A DNA stretch of 63,813 nucleotides, filler included, from Choristocarpus tenellus KU-1152 (Eukaryota > Protista > Phaeophyceae), in assembly GCA_964200185.2 (NCBI GenBank). It is 10 parts of 10 records of this genome, joined end to end, with 100 filler letters (N's around TTAATTAATTAA, not from the genome) between each part and the next. Parts side by side here need not be neighbours in the genome. Positions count along the whole stretch, not along the records: positions 32,265 to 39,764 come from CAXNAD020006062.1; positions 39,865 to 53,795 come from CAXNAD020001320.1; 8 more parts are not named here. One strand, given 5' to 3'. The notes under the pieces were generated by a model. That model saw nothing but the letters and a program-made list of their open reading frames with translations. It was not told where the DNA came from and searched no databases. Made by a program: the position numbers and the translations under genes. Numbering within the stretch: the stretch's first letter is position 1; every line of letters begins with the position of its first letter. This document shows positions 37,313 through 50,410 of this stretch, one piece after another.

Positions 37313-39066
37313 ATGCTCTTCCGCTTGTCACCTCAATGTCGACTCTTCAATGGGAGGTCAGCTCTTAGGTCACCAGTCGATATCGCAAGTCGAGGTCTTG
37401 CCGGATCGGACATGCCCTCGATCAAGGTGTTCGACAGGGGAGCTAAGCGACGTCAAAGGGACAGAGCAGCTGCGATAGATCTGGGGGGGGAATACGACTA
37501 TCTTCGAGATCATGTGGCAGATTTGCTGACGGATAGAATACAGGTGGGGTTCAGTTATGCCATGCTCGGTCAGAAACGAGTAATGGAGTCCAGTCCTTCT
37601 GACTCTCATGTTGCAGTGCTATTAGTGTTTTGTTTGGCCTTTTCCGTGCCATGTGTAGCGCATACGCACCCCACCATAGTCCCCCAGTGAAAGCTCCATT
37701 ATCTCATCGAGTTGAGTTGACTACTGAATTGAGTCTAGGTGCATGCTGGGGATAGTCCCAACTGCAATACCCTCTCATCATTCGCACCTCCCATATTGTT
37801 TACTAGGACATCTCTCGCGAGTTCCCGTACGCCCTTGACGTGGGGGCACACACAGGACAGCTGCATCGGGCCATCACAGCCCAGGTACACCAATGAACTT
37901 ATGATCGGTTTGTCTCGGTGTGAAAAACGTATGTCACTAGAAGTTGGTACTCTAACTCGGTTAAGGTGTGACAACATCGGAGTGATGGTAGACAATTGGC
38001 ATGGTAGGGGTGTTCTGTCCGTCTTCTTAGGATGTTGATCATGTCTTGAAGCAATCCATTGTGTTTGCCTTCACCGAAGAGAACATCGATCCTTTAGTTG
38101 GGCCTCCATTGGGGTTTGAGCCAGCAAAGTTGTCCTTGGCTTCAGTCGTGACCGCAGTTCTGTCACTGAATGCAGTAAAAGGGCCGATTTCCCGAGTGAG
38201 ATGCTCAGCATTGTATGATCCATGGTGCAGTCACCCACTTTGTTGGTAATTGAAGAAATAAATTTGGCAACTCTTCTGCTCTGCGCGTATTTCATAGTGC
38301 TCCAAATATGGATGGATACTAGTTGTAATCCATTTCTTGTGGCGTCAATGATACTGGTTTAGGAAGGGAGGTTTCACAGCCTCTCTCATCCCACACACAC
38401 ATGGCATGTTGTAAGAATATAGCATGCCATCAAGAAATGACTTCTTGAGTAGGCAGAGATTACTCCACGGGTCAAGATAGAGCCATTCCACCAATGGAAT
38501 AAGGACCTTCTTGTCATGTTTCAAACACTCCCGTCCTTTTCTGTTCGTTAACCATCTCTTTGGGGCTTATTCACACCAGCATAATTGCCGCGCTTTTGCA
38601 AGAGGTAGGCTTCAGGTTTTAATACATGAGGCCTGGACGTTAGGATCAGATTTATGTTTGCATTTGATAGAATCAGAAACAAAAAGGAGCATCGCATACT
38701 TTCCACTTCTCCTTGCACTGGCAAGAGATAGTGGGCAATGGGTTACAGGAAGAGAAAGAGTGTATTTGTGCATGTCGAGCTATCCATCCCTGTTGCAACA
38801 GACTCTGCTTTCAACCTCCCCCTCCTGTCCTCTCTCCTTCTTGTTCATCCCCTGCAGCAAGGTCCAAGTGGGAAGGGTGGGGTTGGAGGGATTGAACGAC
38901 TTGTGCAGGGTGATATGTCAGAGGAGGCGTTACTCCGGGGGATGCAGCGGGAGAAGGAGAGGGGGAGTGAGGGGGGCCAGAAGGGGGCACAGGTGGAGAC
39001 CTTCCGTGTGCTGATTGATGAGGAGTTCTTGCCCTTTTCACCAGGGACATTTGATCTAGTCTTGAG
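37313..39066 (+). CDS. NDUFAF5: NDUFAF5-like mitochondrial complex I assembly factor (SAM-dependent methyltransferase fold), 5' exons only
   Basis: Exons 37313-37543, 37807-37884 and 38858-39066: VFDRGAKRRQRDRAA...YDYLRDHVA..L.DRIQDISREFP.ALDVG...DEEFLPF..GTFDLVL. Arg-rich mitochondrial presequence. Truncated at the contig end (39764). Confidence 0.92.
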
Positions 39067-40565
39067 GTCAGAATCACGTATCCCTTCTCCACCCCACCCC
39101 CCACCCCCCTTCTCCCTGTTCTCCCTCCATCACACACAAACACCCACACATGCACACACGCATAGACATCACATGCCAATCTACAAGGATCATCCTGAGA
39201 CCATAATTGTCTTGAATAGGCGTGGCTTACCAGGTGCAATTCAAAGTTATGTGTTTTGATGTCTTGTCTTTCCTCACGTGAAGTAGTAGACCTAGGACCT
39301 ACACACATGTTCACAAATTTCGGGTAGCCCTCCTTTAATTGGGATTGGGGTGCTTTTTTTCTGCTCAGAACCGCTGTCTCACCCTCCACTACAAAAGCCA
39401 CCCTACCCTTGAGCACAGGAGGGATGTGGGATGTTGAAAGTGCAGCTTGGGGTATTTTTCCCGGAAGCTGGGTAGGTGTGCAAGTGCAAAGGTGGTGACC
39501 TGCTTTTGCATGAGAGCATGAGGTCAGGGTGCATGTGGTTCTAGGCAGGGGTGTGATTTATTTTGTGAGGCTGGTTCAGCATTTTTTTTTGGTGCCATGA
39601 GATGACGGTGGAGGAGCTGTCCACATATCACATATCACCGAACAGGACAACCCCTCACGCCGCTAGAGGTTTGAAGGAGAGGAGAATAATGATTGGGGGG
39701 GGGGGGGGGGGGGCTGGGGGGGGTGAGAGCGTAAGGAACACCTCCCATGTTTTTTTTTTTTTGTNNNNNNNNNNNNNNNNNNNNNNNNNNNNNNNNNNNN
39801 NNNNNNNNTTAATTAATTAANNNNNNNNNNNNNNNNNNNNNNNNNNNNNNNNNNNNNNNNNNNNTGTGTGTGTTTTGTGGGTGTTTGTGTGTTTGGGGGG
39901 GGGGGTGGGGATGGTGGTGTGGGGGGGGGGGGGGGGGGGGGGGATTCGGCAAGAAGGTGATGTTAGGATCAGTTGAAAGTTGAAGTTTTCTACTTTCTTT
40001 TTACAGGAGGAAATGGGAGGGAAATTGACACTTCACCGCCAGGTGAACAGGCACAATGGTTGGAGGGTAGCATTTCCTTTAATATAGCATGCAATCTTTT
40101 GGCTTGGCACAGATGTCATTCTATATCTTGTAACACAGGTCATATTTTGGGAAATATTTAGCGAACATGTGTTGGAGAGGAAGGACACTCCATGCCATGA
40201 TGATAAGGACCTGGTTTTTGGTTACAGGAAACACTGTTTGGAAATTTCCGTTTTTGTGAGCTGGTCATTATAATCCCCCTTCTAAGCTTTGAGAAGAATA
40301 CTCTTTTCAGTTGAAGGCCTATCGCCAGTCCCTAAATGGCAGCGCATGTGACCTCTCCCAAGAAAGACATGTCGGTGAATAAGACCAGCTTTTTTTCCGG
40401 CTTGGAGCAGGCGTGCTTCAAAACTTCTCAGAGAGTCCAGTCTGCCCACTGTGTATACATCAATCTCTATGCTGTTATAATGAGTGCTTACATGTTTGTC
40501 CACCTCACGTCCATTTTTGTCTTCCGTTTATGTCATGCACGTACCCACCTGATTTGCTGCTGCAG

Positions 40566-42299
40566 GGGCTTCAACGATTTGGGATGGACTTTGGTGCAAT
40601 GGAGAGCCTGTTCTCTGGTCGTTCGAGATTACAACTCAAGAACAAATACAAGAGGGAGTTGAGACAGCGGCCATTCATGGTCAGGAGGGCGCTGAGTACA
40701 CCCATCAGTGACGGTGAGGTTTGTCAATAAAATCAAACTTTTTAGTTTAGTGGAAGAGCTATCCTTGAGTGCACCTGCTGCATGTCCCCATTCTTGGGTT
40801 TGGAGACGAGAGGTTCAGTTTCTGGGCTCCTATAGCTGTTTTTTTTTTTGTGGTTTGGTTGAGGTAGTCTGTTGTGTTAAATTTTCATGTTTTTGTTTTT
40901 ACGCTTGCCTTTGTTAACTGTGGGTGTGCAGATCACCCTTGCTTCAAGGAGGAGAACCAGGGAAAGTTCAAAGTGGAGGGAGATGAGGATGAAGAGAAGC
41001 GGAAAGAAGGAAAGTATGAGGATGGGGGTGAGGGGAAGGGTTGTTTGAAGGAGCAGAAGGGGAGTAAGGCTGCTGACCTCAAGGGCAAGCCCAACGCTAA
41101 GGTCAAGCCCAAGGTCAAGGCCAAACCTAAGGCCAAGGCTGTCCTCAAGGGTGTGAAGAAGGAGAGTGCTAAGAAGGGTATTGGCACTGGCGTTCAGAGG
41201 TAAGTTGATTTAAAAAATATATTTGTAGGTGTTTCCTGTACTCCTTGCGCCTTGGTCAATAGTTTTTTTAGGTCCAATTTTTTTGAGTTGCCAGTGTCCA
41301 AAGCAGATATATTGTTTGTGGTTCTTTAGTTATTTTTGCAATGGATACTTTTTTTTTGTAGCTTGAAAAGACGAGAGGTGTGTAAGGGTTAGTACGAATG
41401 AAATTTTTCTATTTTATTTAGTCACTTTGGATGGATGCGTTGGCCAATGAGTGGAAAACGGTTCAGAAGAGGAGGTAGCCTGTTGAGTGAGTTTATTCCC
41501 CTTGTCTCCCCTGGCTTTGCACTTTGTTTTCAGGGGAGATGATGAGGACGGTATGAAAGGAAAGGGCAAGAAGGGCAAAGGTAAAGGAAGAGGGACCAAG
41601 AAGAGGAAGAATGACAATGGGAATCATGAAGAGTCAGACGGACAAGGAGAGGAAAGCGATGATAGTGAAGATGATGAGGAATTTTTGGAGGATGAAGTTG
41701 ATGGTTTACATCCACCACCGCCGCGACAAGGAAGGGCAATGAGAAAACGCTCGAGGTCGACTGCAACAGGTCGGCAGACAACTGAGCCAGCTAACACCCG
41801 GAGTAGAGCAAAGGTGATAGGTGGGGGTGTGTGTGAGGGTAAGGCTGTGGTGGAAGTTGGTACTGTAGTGAGGGGGAGTGTTGTGGAGGTGGAGGGGGAG
41901 AAGGGTGCTGTGATGGGCCAGGGGAGTGATGGGGTTTCAGCGGATGAAGAAAGTTCCTCTACTTCGGGAGAGGGGAAAGGGGAAGTGGGGGAGGATGGGA
42001 GGGGGGGAGTGAGAAGGAGAGAGCGAGAAATGGCTGGGGGGAGGGGTTCAACTTCTGGTGCGGGTAGGAACACACACTCTTTGTCTACCGGGGGGGTTAA
42101 TGGTGAGAGTGTTGAGGATGCTGAAAGCGTGGAGGATAGGGAGGAGGGAGAGAAAGAAGAAGAGCCGGGGTCTGTTGATGGGGGCTCTTTGGGAGAGGAA
42201 ACTTCTGATGATTGTGATGAAGACGTTCGGGGTGAGGGAGAGAGTGCTGCTGTTGAGGGGAAGGATGTTGTGACTGAGACAGGAGATAGCTTGTTATAG
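40566..42299 (+). CDS. BDP1: BDP1-like (TFIIIB B'') SANT-domain gene, 3' exons
   Basis: Exons 40566-40713 (GLQRFGMDFGAMESLFSGRSRLQLKNKYKRE...P..VRRAL, the Bdp1-type SANT motif), 40932-41199 and 41534-42299 (charged low-complexity tail). 5' exons not found. Confidence 0.7.
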
Positions 42300-44599
42300 T
42301 AGTGGTGTGCTACGTACAATCGCGGAAGGGAGGGGTAGAGGGGTGAAGAGGGTGTTGACTGATTCTTATGTCGTGTGTCCTGTCTGTGGCAGAACACAGT
42401 ATCTCTGGAAGTATTGTAATAATAGTGACCTCTTTAAAATGCAAACAAGATTGGGGTAATGTACACACATCATGGCAGTAGGCAGAGTGTGTGAATATGT
42501 GGATGAGCAAACAAACATCCCTGCTGTAGAGAACCTCTTGCCCTGAGCCCATCGAGCGGAGAAGGTATTTTACATTGGATGGAAGTTTGCTCCCCTCCCT
42601 CGTTCATTTTGCACAGTATTTGGTTAGTGGTTTAGGGTTAGGGTTTAGTTCGTTATTGAGAGGAACAACAGATGATTAGAGCTCTAAAGTAGAAGTATTG
42701 TCTGGCATTCACTTAGATTTGCAGCTCTGTTCAAACCTCCTGTCCTTCAGTTTAAACGTCCCAAGTTTTAATGGAGGTGCATCTGAACTGGGGTCTTCAC
42801 TAATTGACTTGATTCATTTGATTTTATATATTGATGGATGTATTGTTATTTTATTTTGAGTTCTTGAAGAGTTATTGTAGGGAGGTTTGAGGAGGTAGCC
42901 TATTAAACATTAGGTTAGGGGTTACGCATTGTGTTGAGTAAACTGTGCACGGAACGGCATATGCCTTCTATTTGTCAGATCCTTGTTGCGTTTGGTGTCG
43001 TGTACCATCTCCATTCAGAATTGTAATGCATTCCTTGACTCCAAAGCAGAGCTTAATTTAAATCGCCCACAGACTGTCTTTTAGGGGTGGGATGGATCGC
43101 TCCTGCTTTCCAGATGGATGAATCTACAGACCCTAATATGGAATCAGTTCGGTTGTAGGTGGGTAGGAAATTGTTTTTCTTGCCCTAAATATTGGATCAA
43201 CATCCCTCATATCAACGATGTTTCAGAAAATGATTGGACTACAGGTGGAAGGTAAAACGTGATTTAAGTTTTTGGTGTAACAAGGTCCCACCCATGTTGC
43301 GATGAACTTCCCTAAAGCTATTTACCTTCCAACAGGATGTTGAAGGGCCCTTTACTCCAAACTACTTGAATAGAGAGCAAAGAAAGAGGAGTCTATATCT
43401 TGAGGTAGTAGGAATTGGAGTTTGTGGCATAAAAGTAAATATGGTGGCAAATAATTATCTCATCTTCCATGTAGTAGGTGCCTATCAATAAGGGAAGCAC
43501 ACAAAAAAACTATATCCAAAGATTGTCGAGTGTACACCACATACTTTCGAAATTTAGTCTAATGTTTACGGCTTTTACCTGCAACAATTAGGAACACTGG
43601 GACTTTTGTATTATTTGAGAAAGTCTTACTCTGTATGCTTAGCCATGTTGACTTCCTACACCCACAAAGAAAATATTGGATGGTGAGCCTCCCAAGGTGA
43701 TAAAACTTTGCAACAACTATCAAACTGAATGCTATATGCAGGAAAGGGAGTATAGCCAGGAAATAAAAATTCCTGTCCTTGCAACAAGAAAACCATTTAT
43801 CACCATTGATTATACACCTTAATTATGGATTTGGTGTCCCATTTTTATGCACTATTAATACTACCTTTGATAAACTTTCACCTGTCGCCAGGAATGCAGG
43901 CAGCAAGGAACAATACACTTCAAACCCTATTGTAGTCTTGAAAAACAAAGTACGTTGAAACATCAGAGGTCCAGTGCTTGCATTTGGAACCACAGTAGTG
44001 GCGATGTAGTGTAATAGATGTGTGTATACTAGAGTAATTGTTGTGCATACAGCTACCATTGCTAGTGTAAAAAAACTCAGGAAATCAGGTAATGTCTCCT
44101 CACTGACATCTACCTAACTAGTTTGAACAAGGGGACTTGAACATCTACATGTGAGCAATTCATTTATTGTTACCACTGCTGCATGTTGTGCAGAAGAGTA
44201 AAGCCCTCCCTCCAGTAAAAGCCAGAACAAGCAGCGTAAGAAGTTTGTAGTGTTTGTATGTGTTCAGAGTTCCTGTAGGTAGCCGTACTCAATCATCTTC
44301 ACTTGCTACTTGCTGAAGCGAAGGGATGAGATTCTTGCAAGCCTACAGTTATCAATAATGTGGCCACTGCAGTTTTGCCCAATTCCGATCATATGTTGGA
44401 GAGTGTGAGCCCACGGATTCATGTCCTAAATAACAGTACAAACCATTTGTTGATCACTACTACTTACTATTATTGTTGAGGCAGTCCTGAGTTACCCACC
44501 CAACACATGAAGTCCACGTTTTGGGAGACTGAGGAATCCCTGTACAAGCCTCCCCACATCGTATCTCTTAAACAGGCACTACAAGACATCCTGTAAGAC

Positions 44600-46330
44600 A
44601 TCCTTCCAAAATTCCACATAATACCTAACACATTGGTTTGCTACGCACCTTTCAATAGGTGGTCTATATTCTACAATGAAGGATGATTTTGCATTGAAGA
44701 ATGCAAGTCTTCCACTCAGAACAACCTAGAAATGCACAATTCAAAGTATCTGTGACACAGAAAGATGTATGTATACCTTTCTGTTTGAGGAATGGACAAT
44801 CATTTATAATCCCTACAGGCATGTTGGACAAAAAACCCCCAACACGTATTGGTTAACAAACCAAATGATGCGAAAATGATCCCAAAACAGGAAAACACCA
44901 TGTTAGAGAGGCAAATGCATCAACATCAATGCCCAGGCTTTCCCAGCCCATGCCCCTTGAACAGGCACTCAAAAGCATCAAAGTGATACAGCCAGCACAT
45001 TCTTGAGCGGGGACATTGGCTAAGTAGTTCTCAGGAAACATTTGAGGCCAGATTTCTTTCGACCTGTGAAATAAACATCATGCTTAGCCCTCAGCACCAT
45101 TGCATATTTCATAGAACAAAATGCAGAATCTCCACCGACATGATAGGGTCGCTGCAGGAGACACTGAAGGAAACACAGTAGGGTTAGGTCGCCTGGAATT
45201 GGTTGGGAAAGTATTTAGTAGCTAGACTTCATCAGCCCCATGGAATAACTTCATGATGCATATCTTCATGCAAGCCATGTTTTTGATCTCTGCCCTGACC
45301 CCCCTTGGCTCTCTAGCAATCTTAGTACCAGGAGGCATCCCAGACTCCCCAAAATTGCCATCCAACCCCCTGCATGCTGATACCAACAACTGATCAACGG
45401 ATAGCTCTCAGCACAGACAGAACACAACATGGCAATTGCCATTACACACATCAAGGAAATATTCCACCCACCTTTCTTGACTCTCCACAGCTCCTTTCCC
45501 ACCCTCCTGCCGACTATTAATAGTAGTCCACAAAAATGCCCAGATCATGACCCTGAAGAGGTTGTAAGAAGTGAACACTGTTCAAAGTCAAATCACAATC
45601 CACACCTAGTGCAACCCTTCCTTTAGACCAATGCCTCGACCATGTACAATCCACGCTCTCAACCAATGTCATAGCTATATCGGACCACCCAACATATGCT
45701 GGGTGTCAGTGGGACATGGTCAACACCTACCTTCTCACATGCAACATTTTGTACCCTCTACCATGACCTCAATCTCATCAGCAAGTTAAATGTATGGTAG
45801 TCAATGGGCTTCACATCTTGCCCACATGAACAAACCTAGGACCTCAAATTCACACACCACTTGTCAATGGTACTTAGGTCTATATCAACTATGCCAACAG
45901 GTTCGTACCTCAAAGGTGGGCTGTTCTTCGTATCCCTTCGACAAGAATGAATTGGTCCCAAATCTCATTTGTTGCTCAAAAAACCGAGACAGTTCCTGCG
46001 GTGCTGTCCTCCTTGATCCTGCCCTCTCTATCAGCCTTTCCTGATGGGAATGATCATCTCCTTCATCCACAGAATCTCCCCCCAAGTTGTTATCCCCGTC
46101 CTCGTCCAAATATTCTTCTTCCACTTGCTCCAAATCTTCAACTGGCACAACCAAGATCAATCTTGACTCTATGTCCTGCCCATCTGGAGGATGAAGTCGT
46201 TCGCAGTGAAGGACACAACCCACTTTCGGTGCATGTTCCCTATTTTAGGGATCTGGTCGTTGACTACTCTATGCCAAGTCTTTTGCCGTTGAGGCCTTGG
46301 TTTCCTTGCATGGGGTGAGCTTTACCCTGC
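44600..46330 (-). mobile_element. Highly degenerate piggyBac-like (DDE_Tnp_1_7) transposase relic
   Basis: Manual translation across stops: acidic N-terminus; SYNLFRVMIWAF; WVEYFLD..N; ELSVDQLL.SACRGLDG.FGESGMP..TKIAREPRGV.AEIKNMAC (~45270-45400); VGGDSAFCSMK.A..L...H.VYFTG (~45060-45140). Boundaries approximate. Confidence 0.75.
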
Positions 46331-48598
46331 ATACCTCAACAACCAACCCAATACAGATCTTAAACATGACCTCCTTTGTCCCTTCAGTTCTTTTCACAGG
46401 GCATGGACTTCCCGGAACAGACTTCGAGCCTATAAACTAGAGATGTAGAATAAGGTATCTGTCCTACTTACGGATTTGCGGTGACCTCATAGTACTGTAA
46501 AGTCCTCGAAAATCAAGTTGCCTGAGCGACTCAAGTGAGAAAATGAGTGATGTGGAAGTCTCAGAAGGCTTCCTAAGGCTTTTCATTATTTGTTATTTTA
46601 ATATTTTGCAAGTCAAGAACTTATTTCTTCCTACGGAAGGGCCAAACAATAGACAACCAAACACAAATACTCTTTAGCATGCTAGGGCTCCCCTGTCTTT
46701 CAGAGGAGATACGGGGTCGGAAGGGCTGACTCTTTTTTCCACCCTCTGTAACTTACACAATACTGCACATTACAAAACAAAAACATAAGGTTTGGGATGA
46801 TGCCTTCGTTGGCGACTTCACCATTCCTGCCCCAGTAGCAACTTTTCAACATTAATAACTGTATGTTACACTTCTTAACCTCAACATCGCATCTTCTGCC
46901 ATCCTGAACAGGTGGGTATGCGTTCTTTTTAACACTCCATGATAAGCAATTTTCCCTTGCCCCCCTTCTTTCCTAAGGTCATTGTTATGATAGTGTGGAT
47001 TGACCTAGGGCATAGGGACACACAGCAGGATGCACTCCCTCACTGCATCCAGTGTTGAAACTCTCCCACCTCAGCATTCAAAGTGCATACAAGGAGAATA
47101 TACTTCGACACACTGCCCATCTGTCACTTACTCTGTCGGATCTACTTTGCTACGCTTCCAACAAGGAACTAGGGGTGGAGCGTTTGGGGGGGGATACTAA
47201 CACACACAGTGTATGTATGCATGGTTTTCCATTCACTCTTTCATGCAGCAGGATGAACCAGGAAGAAAACATGTCAACATTCAGTAACCCCTCATTGGAG
47301 ATATTCTACCTTCCCCTTTCACTATATCAGCATTCCCGAGATAGCATACACTCGAATGGACACTTCAACCTACATCTATCGTAGACCTCAACAACAATAA
47401 AAAACTAATCTTCCTTCCCCTATCATAAACTCCCATTCCCAATCCCCTATGCATTATACAAAGATCAGCATGAAGGAGGTTGAGTGAACACAGCAATCTG
47501 AACTCAATTGAAATAAACGCGTACTCTACACCCTGCAAGCTATATCATCGGCTCATCTCACTGGGGGTGAGAAGGTTTGTAGAGGAGTCTTTCCTACCAC
47601 CTCATTGAGTGTATGTAAACCACGATATCCTGAATACTATGAGCTCACATGCAACAGGCTATGTTGTTTCCATGCCTGAATACTCCACAACCTAGATTGC
47701 AATCCCATGAGATGTCCTACTTTTCCACTCCCTTTACACATTTGCCCCTCCAGAAGTGATCTCAGCAGAGGGAATGGTACATGTAGGGCATGCAGTGAGT
47801 GGTGGTGGCCTAGAATGGAGCCTGTCCCTCGGGAAAACAGGGCAAACAATTGGGATGTGTGATCCATGCATGACGCGTTTTTGGACTAACCTTCCAGAAA
47901 CTCAGCAACCCCAAACCCCTCCAAAGCCTAGACTGCCCCTATTGACTCAAAAATATAAAATATCCCACTCCCCCCAACACAACCCCATTGTGTTTCCTGG
48001 GTACCACTAATGCGTTTATCCCAATTTTCTTCCATACAACAACTGAGCCTTGACCCAACACCTAACTCTCCCTCTTCCCCCCCTCCCCACCTCCCTGTCC
48101 ATAAACAGCCAATGCAACACCAATTTGAGAGCCTGAAAACAAAAGACCATCTTACACCTGTCATATTCCAAGATAAACACAACCTCACTTCATTCCTCAT
48201 CTACCCTTTCCCCACTTCCACATTTTTGATTTTTTGGTGTGAGTTATCCCTTAGGACCAATAAAAAACATAAAACATCCATAGCACAAGCCCTATCCCTG
48301 CATCCTACCTAACATACATGCACATTCATGTGTATTGACTTACTGTTGAAGACTCACCCCCCTGCCCTATCAGTCGACCTTGTTGACCCCTTTGCTTCAT
48401 GAATACCACAAGAGCAGAAAGCTGCTCCATTACTTGGTGTGTCCCTATGAGCAAGGTCTTTGCATCATACCCCTGCGCTTAACCTGTCCACAATGTCGAT
48501 AGAGAACACAACCATTTCTGCCCCCCCCCTCACAGAGGTCACATCCCATGCACAGCCTCTTCATCTACCCAGCTCTCAAAATTAACGCCATCTTCAGT

Positions 48599-49325
48599 TT
48601 ATGCAGCAAACTGAAATGAGCGCCTTCTCTTGCTTGCTGGGGGACTGGAAGGATTCTCCAGGACACGGCAACAGGTTACACTTTGGGATAACCCTATATC
48701 CATGTCCACCATGCCACCTGGCACAGACTGGGGAGGGATTACACATAAAAGGACGGGAAGATTGAAGGGTGAGACGGCGCAATGGAGGACTAGTAAGGAG
48801 GAAACCTAACCTGTGTCATGCAAAAATCCTGTCATAGACGATATATAGTTTTTTTTTTTTCCCATATCGGTCTTTATCAACGAGATACATGGTTAGCCGC
48901 GCAGAGTATCAGACACCAGACCAAGCGCACTCGTGGTTAAAACTAGTCCGTCGGTCGAGAAAACCACCAAATTACATTATCGTTTGTATGACAAGGCAGC
49001 ACGAAAAGGGAAAAAGTGGTTCACATTCAGCAAATGAAGCATTCGGGGCTGAAAAAATTCAAAGCAGGCGCCTGTGGTAGTAATTTCACATTCCCACCTG
49101 AGTGAGGGCTGACATCGCAGGCTGGTAACCACCCGCCTGCGCACCGAAGTTAATAGGGGTAACCACTCCTTTCGGGGCTGTCAATGCGGTGTGGTGAAAG
49201 TAGCCAACGAAGGGGGCGCCATTACAGAAGGTGAGCTGGATCACTGCGATGCCATCCACACGAATCTGATTTACTATCCCGTCGCCATGGGCTGTCCCGA
49301 CCAACATCCCCGGGTGCACCATCAT
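48599..49325 (-). CDS. Small uncharacterised protein (~118 aa) with an SH3/KOW-like beta motif and a C-terminal basic patch
   Basis: Exons 49325-49098 (VGTAHGDGIVNQIRVDGIAVIQL...FVGYFH) and 48727-48599 (...SPPASKRRRSFQFAA*), phase-0 GT-AG intron. The ATG directly follows an acceptor, so an upstream exon may exist. Confidence 0.6.
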
Positions 49326-50410
49326 CTGCGACCAAACATATTATGATCAACACGTTACTGTATCTTAATGAGGCCACGCCGCATTTGACATGAGTTGGCG
49401 CTCTTAACCACCAGGGGCACGATAGTAGACAAAGGCGGGAATCTTCCAGTCAAGAAATAATCACGCTATATAAGTGAGTCTGGTACATAGACAAATGTCA
49501 AAGCATTTAACCTCACAAAATAGACAAATAACTATACAAGGGACCAGCTGGAATCCAATTCACACCAAGGGGGGGTCCTACCCTCTTCACCCTATTTCCA
49601 ACATAACACCACACAAAATTACAATCTCAACGGGATCTTTGAGAGTCACGACAACAAGCCCTGGCACCCAGAGGCGTCACTTGCGAAGGTCGTCAAGTAA
49701 AGGTCTCGATGGCTTCGAGTGTCGGGAAACCCTGAACAAGCCATACCCTGGGTCACGCATCATATATCATCTCCATAACACTAACGGAAGGGGGTGACAA
49801 CACAGGATTTCACCTTCAGAAATGATGCGGTGAGAACACTGTGTAGCCCTTTGATTTTCTAGCTGAGTACACTTTCTATTTCTTGTTTCAATCTAGGTGC
49901 CTGGTTCTCTAGTTCTCTCTATGTGACGACGATAGTATCACTGCTTTCGCTGTTGAAGTGGTGTGAGAAGTACCACTCTTGCGTGAGTGGATCGTTTGAA
50001 CGGACGCGCCGACCTGAACGGCGCGCGGCTGTAAATGGGGAACATTTATTAACTCGACATACCTTTTCTAAACAATATCATAAATAATATGGTTAAACGG
50101 TACTGAGTTTGAACTTATATATGACAATATAATGTATACCATGATATTTAACTTTCCGTCCGTTGTTTGGAACCTGTAACTGACCCTATCAAAAACTGTT
50201 AAGGGTAGGGAGAAGTTGGGGCCTGGATCTCCAAATCAAAGCTACAAGGGGGATCACCGCACCCCAACAACGCCTAGTAGGCACCACATTTCCTCCTGTG
50301 CAAACTGGGCTGATAGTGGCCCTTAGGTCAGATTTGGGGCTGCAGGCAAAAGAAGTTGCTCTCCAGATCAATTTAATTTCTCGTGCGCTTGAGCACAACA
50401 CCCAAAACAC

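Noticed and set aside
39690-39945. Poly-G/C tracts as functional G-quadruplex elements
   Set aside because: They cluster at contig ends and internal N runs, so their lengths are unreliable.
44741-44752. tcaaagtatctg matching the MITE TIR core
   Set aside because: Isolated 12-mer with no partner TIR or MITE body.
45810-45860. SWIM finger / MULE transposase (VNL...CSCG)
   Set aside because: Lacks the CxH ligands; surrounding motifs fit piggyBac instead.
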